A DNA stretch of 32,000 bases from Psychrobacter cryohalolentis K5 (lineage in GTDB: Bacteria > Pseudomonadota > Gammaproteobacteria > Pseudomonadales > Moraxellaceae). The position numbers and the translations under genes were made by a program. The notes under the pieces were generated by a model. It ran no database searches. It was not told where the DNA came from and was given only the letters and a program-made list of their open reading frames with translations. Positions 1 to 8,984 of this stretch are shown here, piece by piece. Location of the stretch: assembly GCF_000013905.1 (NCBI RefSeq), contig NC_007969.1, positions 1,170,001 through 1,202,000 on the forward strand, given 5' to 3'. The stretch's first letter is position 1, and each line of letters begins with the position of its first letter.

Positions 1-1162
1 CGCTGTGGCGATAATACTCTTGCGCAGCAGCAACGCCTTGACCCAGTTTAATAGGGTAGCCCAAATCAACCATTGCCATCTCAATCGTTGCAAGCCCTGC
101 TAGTACCATAACTTCAGTTAATGAACCTAGATGACCGATTCTAAATGCTTTACCATTCATCTCGCCCAAACCAATACCAAATGAGATACCATATTTATTA
201 AAAGCATGATCGGTCAGCTTGTTACTGTCAAAGCCTTCAGGAACAAAGATGGCGCTGACGGTATTAGAATAAAGGTCAGGTGTTTTTGCACACAGTTTCA
301 TACCCCAAGCGCTAACCGCTTGTCGTACACCTTCGGCTAGACGGTAATGACGTGCATAGACATTATCAAGGCCTTCATCAAACAACATCTCAAGACTTTC
401 TCTTAGGCCATAGATGAGATTTAATGGTGGTGTATAAGGGAAGCCGCCGTTGGCATTGGCATTTAACATATCACGAAAAGCAAAATAAGTACGTGGAAGC
501 TTTGCCTCATCCATATGACTCAAAGCTTTTTGACTGACGCCCAATATTGCCATACCCGTTGCGAGCATAAAGCCTTTTTGTGAGCCGGCAACAGCAACGT
601 CTACGCCCCAAGCATCCATCTCAAAAGGAACGCAAGCAATTGAGCTAACACCATCTACGAATAATAAAGCAGGGTGGTCACTGCTATCCATGGCTTTACG
701 AACGGCGCCAATATCACTTAAAACACCTGTTGCTGTTTCGTTATGGGTGACCATGACGGCTTTGATTTCGTGTGCAGTATCTTCGTTTAAAATCGCTTGA
801 AATTTATCAGCAGGTGCGCCTGTTCCCCAATCGCATTCTACAACTTGCACATCAAGTCCGTGGCGCTGACACATATCGATCCAGCGATGCGAGAACATAC
901 CATAGCGTGCAATCAGAACTTTATCACCAGGTGACAAGGTATTGCTAATAGCAGCTTCCCAGCCACCTGTGCCGCTAGAGGTAAATAGAATGATTTCGCC
1001 ATCTTGGGTGCCAAATACTTTTTTACAATCAGCAAGCACTGGTAAGAACGTGTCTGAGAAATCAGGCGCACGGTGATCTTGCGTCGGCACGTTCATCGCG
1101 CGACGTAATCTGTCAGGAATATTGGTAGGGCCAGGAATAAAAATTGGGTTTTGTAGCGACAT
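1..1162 (-). CDS. Class V PLP-dependent aminotransferase (serine--glyoxylate / serine--pyruvate aminotransferase type); C-terminal end lies outside the window
   Basis: Absent from the ORF track because it runs off the window edge. My minus-strand translation from ATG at 1160-1162 reads MSLQNPIFIPGPTNIPDRLRRAMNVPTQDHRAPDF..FTSSGTGGWEAAISN..VTHNETATGV..VAGSQKGFMLATG (SQK PLP-lysine motif)..FRIGHLG. It stays open to base 1. Confidence 0.85.
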   Translation of the reverse strand, partial: MSLQNPIFIPGPTNIPDRLRRAMNVPTQDHRAPDFSDTFLPVLADCKKVFGTQDGEIILFTSSGTGGWEAAISNTLSPGDKVLIARYGMFSHRWIDMCQRHGLDVQVVECDWGTGAPADKFQAILNEDTAHEIKAVMVTHNETATGVLSDIGAVRKAMDSSDHPALLFVDGVSSIACVPFEMDAWGVDVAVAGSQKGFMLATGMAILGVSQKALSHMDEAKLPRTYFAFRDMLNANANGGFPYTPPLNLIYGLRESLEMLFDEGLDNVYARHYRLAEGVRQAVSAWGMKLCAKTPDLYSNTVSAIFVPEGFDSNKLTDHAFNKYGISFGIGLGEMNGKAFRIGHLGSLTEVMVLAGLATIEMAMVDLGYPIKLGQGVAAAQEYYRHS

Positions 1163-1579
1163 GATTGACATCCTTGTAAGTGCATATAAAGGGGCACGAT
1201 TGTTGTATAAGCAGGGGTTCATGCGAATTTAATGCAAGAGTCTTCCTGACTCATACAGTTTGTGTTTTTAAGATTTAAAAAATTAACCATGTCAAAGAAA
1301 GGAGTTGCAGGTGATTGGTCACTTTACTACTTACTGCGTTCTTATTATGGTGTTCTTGCGGTAACGATTTTTACGAAGGATAAAATAAGAGGTTTTGGTT
1401 GAAAAAGTGTAGATACTCATCAACTGGTTAAAATATAGCACTAATAGTAAGTTGTAACAAGGTGTTTTTAAATAACCTTTGTGCTAGACTTCTCAAGACT
1501 ATTACAGTGATTGTTTTGTGTAAATAGCCGATATTAGTTCTATTTATTCTTTTATGCTTTGACCGCAATAATTCATGAT

Positions 1580-1785
1580 TGCTATTTCAGTTGTATGATG
1601 TCTTCAAGAGCTGCTATAACTTCAGTATAATAGGGATTCTTGCCGACAACTTTGCCTTGATGGGTTATATCAATTGGATAACGTTTGTATCGCTATTCTT
1701 GATTACTAAGCCATCACATTTAAGTTATCTGTTAGATAGCCTCTGCTTTACATTCTGTACTATATCTCTGCAATTTTTTGGTCAT
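1580..1785 (-). pseudogene. Decayed small gene: IS3-family OrfA-like N-terminus (alternative reading: Phd/YefM-like antitoxin), four in-frame stops
   Basis: One minus-strand frame reads MTKKLQRYSTECKAEAI*QIT*M*WLSNQE*RYKRYPIDITHQGKVVGKNPYYTEVIAALEDIIQLK*. The first 17 residues share 9/17 identities with the clearer IS3 OrfA fragment at 16507 (xTxKxxxYxxExKxEAI). Confidence 0.3.
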
Positions 1786-1925
1786 GGTAAGCGCCTCGTC
1801 CAGTGGTTAGTTTACTAAGTTTATCTTTACAGTTTCTTCAGCATCGCTCAATTTCTAACTTGCTAAAAACAACTTATTCAATTAAGAAAATACGATAAAA
1901 AATCCTTCATTATCAATGTTGAGGG

Positions 1926-1954
1926 TTTACAAAAGACATTGTATTTATTATAGA
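1926..1954 (+). promoter_or_regulatory. Candidate sigma70 promoter upstream of maeA
   Basis: TTTACA (1926-1931), 17-nt spacer, TATAGA (1949-1954), about 150 nt upstream of the maeA ATG. Sequence match only. Confidence 0.3.
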
Positions 1955-2105
1955 TATCAATTCCTTAAGAATGTCAGCTTGAACGAATTTGAGCAAGCTA
2001 GAGCAAACCATAAATTTAAATAATTTCATTTGTTTAATGAATCGATAAAAATATTTAACCCATTAACCTTGTACCACCCCATACTTTTAATAAGAAGATT
2101 TTATC

Positions 2106-3788
2106 ATGTTAAACCAACGTCCGTTATATATCCCCTTTGCAGGTCCTGCACTATTAGAAACCCCTTTATTGAATAAGGGCAGTGCTTTTTCATCAGAGGA
2201 GCGCGATAGCTTTAATTTAACCGGTCTATTACCTCATAATATTGAGACGATTGAAGAGCAGTCATCACGTGCTTATCTTCAACTACGCTCATTTACCAGT
2301 GATATGGATAAGCATATTTATTTGCGTAATATACAAGACACTAATGAGACATTATTTCACCATTTGATTGAGCAGCATATTGAGGAAGTCATGCCGCTCA
2401 TCTATACCCCTACGGTTGGGCAAGCTTGTGAAAAATTCTCTCAAATTTATCGCCGTAAACGTGGTTTATTTATTTCTTATCCTGAACGTCATAAAATCGA
2501 TGACATGTTGCAAAACGCCACCAAACAAAACGTAAAAGTTATCGTGGTCACTGATGGCGAACGTATCTTGGGCTTAGGTGACCAAGGTATTGGCGGTATG
2601 GGAATTCCAATTGGTAAATTGGCTTTATACACCGCTTGTGGTGGTATTAGTCCAGCTTATTGCTTACCTATTTTGTTAGATGTCGGTACCAATAATCAGC
2701 AGTTGCTTGACGATCCTATGTATATGGGATGGAGAAATCCACGCATCTCTGGCGATGAGTACAATGAATTTGTAGACTTATTTATTCAGGCTGTTAAGCG
2801 TCGTTGGCCCGAGGTGTTATTGCAATTTGAAGATTTTGCACAGGAAAATGCGACCCCATTATTGAATAAATATCGTGATCAGCTCTGTTGCTTTAATGAT
2901 GATATTCAAGGAACTGCTGCTGTTTCAGTCGGTACATTGATTGCAGCATGTTTAAATAAAAGCCAGAAACTTAGTCAACAAAATATTGCTTTCTTGGGTG
3001 CAGGATCTGCAGGCTGCGGTATCGCTGAGCACATTATTCGTCAGATGCAGCGTGAAGGGTTAACAGAAGAGCAAGCTCGCAGACAGGTATTTATGGTTGA
3101 CCGTTATGGTCTGCTAACCGATAGCATGACAGAGCTACAAAAATTCCAAACACCGTTAGTGCAAAAAGAATCAGATATTGAACATTGGGATAAGAGTCAA
3201 AAACTTGGGTTAGCACAAGTGGTTAAACAAGCAAGAATAACTGTCTTGTTTGGCGTAAGCGGACAAAAAGGTCTCTTTACGCAAGAGGTCGTCGAAGCTT
3301 TATGTGCTAATACTGAACATCCTATTGTATTGCCGCTATCAAATCCAACGTCGCGTGTTGAAGCAACACCGCAAGAAGTGACCAACTGGAGTCGTGGTAA
3401 GGCCATTGTTGCAACGGGCAGTCCTTTTCCTAATACCACTTTTGAAGGCCAGTCTTACGAGGTTTCGCAGTGTAATAATAGCTACATATTCCCAGGCATT
3501 GGTTTAGGTGTATTAGCAGCACGTGCGACGGGTATCAGCGATAATATGCTGACGGCAGCAAGCCAAGCACTTGCAGATATCTCAGTAGAATATGAAAAAG
3601 CGCCAGGTGCCATATTGCCGCCCATTAAATTCATTAGAGAAATCAGTGAAAAAATAGCCTATGCAGTTGCCTTGCAAGCGATTGAAGATAAATTGGCATT
3701 ACCAGTCACGGCAGAAAACTTAGAGCGTCGATTAAAAGCTAACTTCTGGTTACCTAAATACCGCGACTATCGCCGTACTTCTTTCTAA
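2106..3788 (+). CDS. maeA: NAD-dependent malic enzyme
   Basis: 560 aa, collinear with E. coli SfcA/MaeA as I recall it: [87 protein letters not shown]-terminal YRDYRRTSF. Confidence 0.95.
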   Translation: MLNQRPLYIPFAGPALLETPLLNKGSAFSSEERDSFNLTGLLPHNIETIEEQSSRAYLQLRSFTSDMDKHIYLRNIQDTNETLFHHLIEQHIEEVMPLIYTPTVGQACEKFSQIYRRKRGLFISYPERHKIDDMLQNATKQNVKVIVVTDGERILGLGDQGIGGMGIPIGKLALYTACGGISPAYCLPILLDVGTNNQQLLDDPMYMGWRNPRISGDEYNEFVDLFIQAVKRRWPEVLLQFEDFAQENATPLLNKYRDQLCCFNDDIQGTAAVSVGTLIAACLNKSQKLSQQNIAFLGAGSAGCGIAEHIIRQMQREGLTEEQARRQVFMVDRYGLLTDSMTELQKFQTPLVQKESDIEHWDKSQKLGLAQVVKQARITVLFGVSGQKGLFTQEVVEALCANTEHPIVLPLSNPTSRVEATPQEVTNWSRGKAIVATGSPFPNTTFEGQSYEVSQCNNSYIFPGIGLGVLAARATGISDNMLTAASQALADISVEYEKAPGAILPPIKFIREISEKIAYAVALQAIEDKLALPVTAENLERRLKANFWLPKYRDYRRTSF

Positions 3789-3810
3789 CGGTTAGAAAAT
3801 CCGACCAAGA

Positions 3811-3850
3811 AGCCGAATGCTACGATTAAAAGTAGCATTCGGCTTTTTTA
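3811..3850 (+). terminator. Rho-independent terminator after maeA
   Basis: Perfect 13-bp stem agccgaatgctac (3811-3823) / gtagcattcggct (3832-3844), 8-nt loop, then a T-run to 3849. Confidence 0.85.
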
Positions 3851-4195
3851 ATGATAACAATGCTAATCCATTAGCCGTTGACGTTTTGCTGGTGAAATTT
3901 TTACGTATAGTGAATTCAGTATTAAAGCGATACAATAGGACTGGGATGAATTTTACGCAGCCTCTGTCGGCGTAGGCACCGCATGCTAAAAAATTTATAC
4001 CAGTACTGCGTTGGAACATAACGTATCTGTTTTATTTGGAATTGACTATATCATGGTTTGTGAGGTTTTTATGGTCATGATAAATCCTTAATGTGTAAGC
4101 CAATCGATATGATCACTGTCTGATAATCTGCTTATCATTCAGTAGTTTGCAGAACGGCTATTTATGCCATAGCATGTGGCATTATAGGCACAGTC

Positions 4196-4849
4196 TTACG
4201 CTATGCTTATCATGCCTTTATCAAGGATAAAGGCAACAATGTCATCAACGCCTTCACCCGTTTTCATGTTGCTAAAGACCACAGGCTTATCGCCACGCAT
4301 TTTTTTGGCATCACGTGCCATCACTTCAAGTGACGCGCCTACGAAGGGGGCAAGGTCGGTTTTATTGATGATGAGTAAGTCCGATTTCATGATACCAGGC
4401 CCGCCTTTACGAGGGATTTTATCGCCTGCTGAGACGTCAATGACATATAGTGTCAAGTCGGATAATTCAGGACTAAAGGTGGCTGCCAAATTATCGCCAC
4501 CAGACTCGATGATAATAAGCTCAAGACCTGCAAACTGCTGCTGTAATTCGGCGATGGCAGATAGGTTAATCGAGGCATCTTCACGGATGGCAGTATGCGG
4601 GCAGCCACCCGTTTCGACACCGCGAATGCGCTCGGCTGGCATGGCCTCATGACGCGTTAAAAATTCAGAATCTTCTTTGGTATAAATATCATTGGTTACT
4701 ACTGCCATATTGATGTCATCGCGCAGGCGTTGACACAATCTCAGCGTTAATGCTGTTTTTCCTGAGCCTACAGGGCCACCAATACCTAAGCGTAGTGGTG
4801 ATAATGTCGTGTCTGAATGTTTGTTTTCGACTTTAGGAGTTAGTGCCAT
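4196..4849 (-). CDS. ureG: Urease accessory GTPase UreG
   Basis: 217 aa with P-loop [11 protein letters not shown], the CPH nickel motif ([13 protein letters not shown]) and NKTDL. AAGGA lies upstream of the ATG. Confidence 0.95.
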   Translation of the reverse strand: MALTPKVENKHSDTTLSPLRLGIGGPVGSGKTALTLRLCQRLRDDINMAVVTNDIYTKEDSEFLTRHEAMPAERIRGVETGGCPHTAIREDASINLSAIAELQQQFAGLELIIIESGGDNLAATFSPELSDLTLYVIDVSAGDKIPRKGGPGIMKSDLLIINKTDLAPFVGASLEVMARDAKKMRGDKPVVFSNMKTGEGVDDIVAFILDKGMISIA

Positions 4850-4887
4850 AAATAAAGTTCCTTAATAAGTGTTAGGGTTTTCAGCCA

Positions 4888-5697
4888 TTAAGAGCGAAAT
4901 AAGCGGCTATATTGCCTTTCATGCTGGCAAGACAGGAGCGCTAAATTTGGTAAGTTAGCTGATATTTGTAGCTGTTGATAAAGTAGATTTAGCTTTGATA
5001 TCGCTATGTCAGGCGTATCTGCCACTAACGGCAGCCTTTGAGCGTACAAAAAACTTTGCTTGACGCGAGCAGCCAGTGGCTGTATTTGTTGGCTTAATAG
5101 CTGTTGCAGCTGCCAAATGATTCGCTGTCCTGCCATTTGTCCAAGCGGTACGGTCTTGACCGCAGCCAGCACCATATTTTCGATTTGACCAAAAGCGTAA
5201 GTGGTCATGGCTTGTACAGGGTTAAATTGCCAGTGCGAGCTGATATGGGCAAACAGTGGCAAAAACCCATGAGCGAGTAAGCTATCAGGCACATTAAGCT
5301 CAAGGACATTATCAAGCCATGCGGATAAAGACAGAGCCAATTGACTTGATTCATAGACGAACTCTTTGGTTTCGCGGCTAGCGTGGTAATCTGCACCTAT
5401 AGCATCAGCAAGTGCGACGTCCTCAATCATAAGGGCTTCAATAATGAGTGCTAGTAGCGGTAGCTCATAACGACATAATGCCAGCTCCAGATAATCACTC
5501 ATAAAATCCATACTACTGCTTTCATCATGAATAAGCCCTGACTCAATAGCCGGTTCTATACCTTGCGAGTAGGTATAACTGCCAATAGGTAAGTTGCTTG
5601 ACGCCAGCATGAGCAAACGTCCGGTCACATCTGCATTATTCAGATCATTCATACCTTGTGCGGTACTGGTAGGATAGTGCGTGGCATGATTAGTCAT
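4888..5697 (-). CDS. ureF: Urease accessory protein UreF (start uncertain; ATG 5695-5697 preferred)
   Basis: Position between ureE and ureG. UreF-like N-terminal block LLMLASSNLPIGSYTYSQGIE. The chosen ATG overlaps the ureE stop (ATGACTAA). The longer track ORF (to 5853) only re-reads the ureE His-tail DNA out of frame. Confidence 0.85.
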   Translation of the reverse strand: MTNHATHYPTSTAQGMNDLNNADVTGRLLMLASSNLPIGSYTYSQGIEPAIESGLIHDESSSMDFMSDYLELALCRYELPLLALIIEALMIEDVALADAIGADYHASRETKEFVYESSQLALSLSAWLDNVLELNVPDSLLAHGFLPLFAHISSHWQFNPVQAMTTYAFGQIENMVLAAVKTVPLGQMAGQRIIWQLQQLLSQQIQPLAARVKQSFLYAQRLPLVADTPDIAISKLNLLYQQLQISANLPNLALLSCQHERQYSRLFRS

Positions 5698-6250
5698 GAG
5701 AGTTGCCATGGGTGTGTGAATGGTCGTGATTGTGATGACTGTGATTATGATTATTACCATGACCATGGGAGTGAGAATGTCCGCCTTGATTGCCTTTATA
5801 AGCACCCGTTTCTGGCTCAAACGGTGCTTGTACGGCTTGGGTATGTAGGCCAAGTTGATGTAACATCGCTTCTAAAACATGGTCAGGCTCAAAGTAGAGG
5901 GCAGTAGGGGTCAGCATTAAAGGCACATGGCGGTTGCCTAAATGGTAAGCGCCTTTCATAAGGTCAAAATCATTATCGGCAGTCACTTCTATCAAGGTTT
6001 GCTTGGCGGCCATAATCTGTATTAGGTTGCCTTGATGGTCTGCTAAAACACTGCCATTCTTAATAGTTTCCGTACGCGGTAGATCAACACCAATGGATTC
6101 TTGATGCTGAGTTTCTGCTTTAAAACGGCTACGCTGACGGGTGTCGAAATCTAAATATAAAAAGTTTTCTGCCTGTTTTTGGCCTTCAATCACGGCTTGT
6201 TGTTCAGCGCTAAGGGTTGATGGATCGAGGCGTTGCGTATAAATTTTCAT
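5690..6250 (-). CDS. ureE: Urease accessory metallochaperone UreE with His-rich C-terminal tail
   Basis: 186 aa. UreE-like core (AYHLGNRHVPL) and a 31-aa tail GGHSHSHGHGNNHNHSHHNHDHSHTHGNSHD. Sits between ureC and ureF. Confidence 0.9.
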   Translation of the reverse strand: MKIYTQRLDPSTLSAEQQAVIEGQKQAENFLYLDFDTRQRSRFKAETQHQESIGVDLPRTETIKNGSVLADHQGNLIQIMAAKQTLIEVTADNDFDLMKGAYHLGNRHVPLMLTPTALYFEPDHVLEAMLHQLGLHTQAVQAPFEPETGAYKGNQGGHSHSHGHGNNHNHSHHNHDHSHTHGNSHD

Positions 6251-6324
6251 AAGTATGTTTATAGTCCGTTAAAATAGATGATTCACAGCTGATTGTGGAT
6301 TATCAGCACGATAATAAAGAGCAT

Positions 6325-8160
6325 CTAGAATAAAAAGTAGCGCTGTGCCATCGGCAGATGCTCGGCAGGCTCACAGGTCAGCAGCTCACCATCGGCATAC
6401 ACTTCATAAGTCTCAGGATTGACCTCCATCTGAGGACAGTAGCTGTTAAACTTCATGTCTTGTTTGCGTACCTTACGAATGTTGTGTACCGCTTTGATGA
6501 CCTTTTCTAATCCTAATTGCCTATCAACACCCTTATCAATAGCCGCACTTGACATAAAGGTGATGCAAGTCTGCGCTACTGTCTTGGGGAAGCTGCCAAA
6601 CATGCTGCGATAGTGCACAGGCTGGGGGGTGGATATGGAAGCATTGGGGTCACCCATAGGTGCCGCTGCAATCAAGCCGCCTTTTATAATTAAATCAGGC
6701 TTTACACCAAAAAATGCAGGCGACCACAACACTAAATCTGCCCATTTTCCCAACTCAAGTGATCCTACTTCATCACTGATGCCATGGGTAATAGCGGGAT
6801 TGATGGTGTATTTTGCGAGGTAGCGTTTGATACGAAAGTTGTCATTGCCGCTATCAGAATCCGTAGGACTTAGCATGATATTGTCTAAGGACTGCTCAGT
6901 TTTAGCTGATTGATCAGGAGCAAGGTGACCACGCTGGGCTTTCATTTTATCAGCCGTTTGCCATGTGCGAATAATGACTTCTCCCACACGTCCCATCGCT
7001 TGCGAATCACTACTCATCATGGAGATAGCGCCCATATCTTGTAAAATATCTTCAGCGGCGATGGTTTCTTTACGAATACGGCTTTCTGCAAAAGCGACAT
7101 CTTCAGCAATGGCTGGGCTTAGATGGTGACAAACCATGAGCATGTCGAGATGCTCGTCAATGGTATTAATGGTGAAAGGGCGTGTAGGGTTGGTTGATGA
7201 GGGTAAAACATTGGTTTCGCCAATAGCTTTTAAGATATCTGGAGCATGACCACCGCCAGCGCCTTCGGTATGGAAGGTGTGAATACAACGGTCTTTAAAC
7301 GCGCCTAGAGTGCTATCTAAATAGCCGCTTTCATTTAACGTATCAGTATGAATAGCCACTTGCACATCGTATTCTTCAGCCACGCTAAGGCAGTTATCAA
7401 TGGCTTTGGGCGTGGAGCCCCAGTCTTCATGAAGTTTAAGACCGATAGCACCCGCTTCGATTTGCTCAACAATTGGCGCTGGTAAACTAACATTGCCTTT
7501 ACCTAAGAATCCGATGTTCATCGGAATAGCATCAGTGGCTTTTAGCATGCTGTGAATATGATAAGCACCAGGAGTGCACGTTGTGGCAAGAGTACCTTCA
7601 GCAGGTCCCGTACCACCGCCTAACATCGTGGTTACACCAGACATCAATGCCGTCTCACATTGCTGCGGTGCAATGAAATGAATATGACTATCGATACCGC
7701 CAGCAGTCAAGATTTTACCTTCTCCTGCGATAATTTCGGTAGCCGCGCCAATAGGTAACGTCACATTAGGCTGAATATCAGGGTTGCCAGCTTTACCAAT
7801 GCCACTGATACGACCCTCTTTGATAGCGATATCTGCCTTGTAGATACCGCTGTAGTCCACAATCAAAGCATTGGTAATAATAGTATCGGCAACTTGCTCA
7901 CCCAGCAGCTGTGATTGACCCATCCCATCGCGGATAACCTTCCCGCCGCCAAACTTAACCTCTTCACCGATGTTAACACTATCAATGTCAGGCTGGTGAT
8001 CAATATGACTGGTCAAATCATATTCAACCTCAAGCCATAAATTCGTATCGGCCAAGCGTACCTTATCCCCTGTGGTAGGGCCAAAATGTTCGGCATAAAT
8101 ACGTCGGTCAATGCGTTTTTTCGAGGTGTTTTGAGAGGTTTTAGGGTCTACAACGCCCAT
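6325..8160 (-). CDS. ureC: Urease alpha subunit (UreC). The 5' boundary is ambiguous because the frame is continuous with ureB
   Basis: Motifs [41 protein letters not shown] (carbamylated Lys), [41 protein letters not shown]. The only in-frame ATG near the UreC N-terminus is 8158-8160 and has no obvious SD. The track ORF starts at GTG 8215-8217, inside ureB-homologous sequence. Confidence 0.9.
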   Translation of the reverse strand: MGVVDPKTSQNTSKKRIDRRIYAEHFGPTTGDKVRLADTNLWLEVEYDLTSHIDHQPDIDSVNIGEEVKFGGGKVIRDGMGQSQLLGEQVADTIITNALIVDYSGIYKADIAIKEGRISGIGKAGNPDIQPNVTLPIGAATEIIAGEGKILTAGGIDSHIHFIAPQQCETALMSGVTTMLGGGTGPAEGTLATTCTPGAYHIHSMLKATDAIPMNIGFLGKGNVSLPAPIVEQIEAGAIGLKLHEDWGSTPKAIDNCLSVAEEYDVQVAIHTDTLNESGYLDSTLGAFKDRCIHTFHTEGAGGGHAPDILKAIGETNVLPSSTNPTRPFTINTIDEHLDMLMVCHHLSPAIAEDVAFAESRIRKETIAAEDILQDMGAISMMSSDSQAMGRVGEVIIRTWQTADKMKAQRGHLAPDQSAKTEQSLDNIMLSPTDSDSGNDNFRIKRYLAKYTINPAITHGISDEVGSLELGKWADLVLWSPAFFGVKPDLIIKGGLIAAAPMGDPNASISTPQPVHYRSMFGSFPKTVAQTCITFMSSAAIDKGVDRQLGLEKVIKAVHNIRKVRKQDMKFNSYCPQMEVNPETYEVYADGELLTCEPAEHLPMAQRYFLF

Positions 8161-8457
8161 AACTTTGCCAGCAAACCCATAGATATGCTGTCTACCTGAG
8201 ATGGCAACCAGTTCCACTTCGCGCGCTTGTCCCGGCTCAAAGCGTACCGCAGTGCCAGATAGGATATTGAGTCGATAGCCAAGCGTCGACTCTCGATCAA
8301 AGCTCAGTGCTGCATTGACTTAATAGAAGTGATAATGAGAACCGATTTGAATAGGGCGGTCGCCGGTATTGATTACTGCTATGGTTTGAACGCAGCGACC
8401 AGCATTCAATGCCATATCGCCTGCTTTAATCTTATATTCGCCTACTTTCATCGTCAT
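8161..8457 (-). pseudogene. ureB: Urease beta subunit (ureB) frame with an internal in-frame TAA (8320-8322) and no terminal stop; reads in frame into ureC
   Basis: My translation from ATG 8455-8457 (AAGGA 9 nt upstream): [100 protein letters not shown]. This is collinear with Klebsiella UreB (..[44 protein letters not shown]). Confidence 0.8.
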
Positions 8458-8531
8458 TTTTATTATCCTTAATCGTCTTACGGCAATGGCTCTAGTTCAA
8501 TATCGTTGTATACGACTTTATAGCAAACAAG

Positions 8532-8834
8532 CTATACGATGGGGTTATGTACCGTCACCAGCTTAGTGCCATCGGGGAAAGTGGCTTCAACTTGGACATC
8601 GTGTATCATCTCTGCAATGCCTTCCATGACGTCATTGGCAGAGAGATAAGTGGCTCCTTCACTCATCAGTTGCGCCACGGTTTTGCCATCACGCGCGCCT
8701 TCCATTAGTAACATGCTAATGTAAGCGATAGACTCAGGATAATTGAGCTTGACGCCGCGATTTTTACGACGTTCCGCCACCATACCGGCGGTAAATAGTA
8801 AGAGTTTATCTTTCTCTGTAGGATTTAATTGCAT
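8532..8834 (-). CDS. ureA: Urease gamma subunit (UreA)
   Basis: 100 aa. [51 protein letters not shown] is the canonical UreA pattern. AAGGAAG lies upstream. Confidence 0.95.
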   Translation of the reverse strand: MQLNPTEKDKLLLFTAGMVAERRKNRGVKLNYPESIAYISMLLMEGARDGKTVAQLMSEGATYLSANDVMEGIAEMIHDVQVEATFPDGTKLVTVHNPIV

Positions 8835-8984
8835 AAAGCTTCCTTAATAATTATTGTGCTTTAAAGACTATGAACCGTTTTTAATCTTTATAAAGTAAAT
8901 GTGCCAAGTTAGATGTGCTAAGTAAAGTCATTCTGGTTTGGTTCAGCATTGTTCAAGGATGAGATTAAGTGGGAGCACATGATA

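Noticed and set aside
1289-1402. 37-codon ORF MSKKGVAGDWSLYYLLRSYYGVLAVTIFTKDKIRGFG
   Set aside because: No ribosome-binding site, no recognisable motif, and it sits in AT-rich decayed DNA. Evidence is insufficient.
1579-1818. Plus-strand 79-aa ORF (TTG start) in the AT-rich spacer
   Set aside because: It has no ATG or SD and a hydrophobic, low-information sequence. It lies in exact antisense codon register with the minus-strand decayed gene that has recognisable motifs. It is most likely a shadow ORF.
3792-4019. Minus-strand 75-aa ORF downstream of maeA
   Set aside because: It overlaps the maeA terminator hairpin, has no SD, and its composition is unlike that of neighbouring genes.
4140-4195. 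Possible terminator hairpin (atgccacatgctatggcat on the minus strand) after ureG
   Set aside because: It has only a 6-7-bp stem and no U-run. This is too weak to call.
4203-4652. 149-aa plus-strand ORF and a 65-aa minus-strand ORF inside ureG
   Set aside because: These are antisense or out-of-frame shadows of a gene with unambiguous UreG motifs.
5698-5853. N-terminal 52 codons of the 321-aa ureF ORF, and the antisense 83-aa ORF 5656..5907
   Set aside because: Both are alternative-frame readings of the repetitive His-tail DNA of ureE. The ureF start at 5697 is coupled to the ureE stop.
8161-8217. GTG 8215-8217 as the genuine ureC start (the track's 630-aa ORF)
   Set aside because: The first 19 residues ([18 protein letters not shown]) are the UreB C-terminal homology, not UreC. 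The ORF boundary is simply the first start-like codon after the internal TAA.
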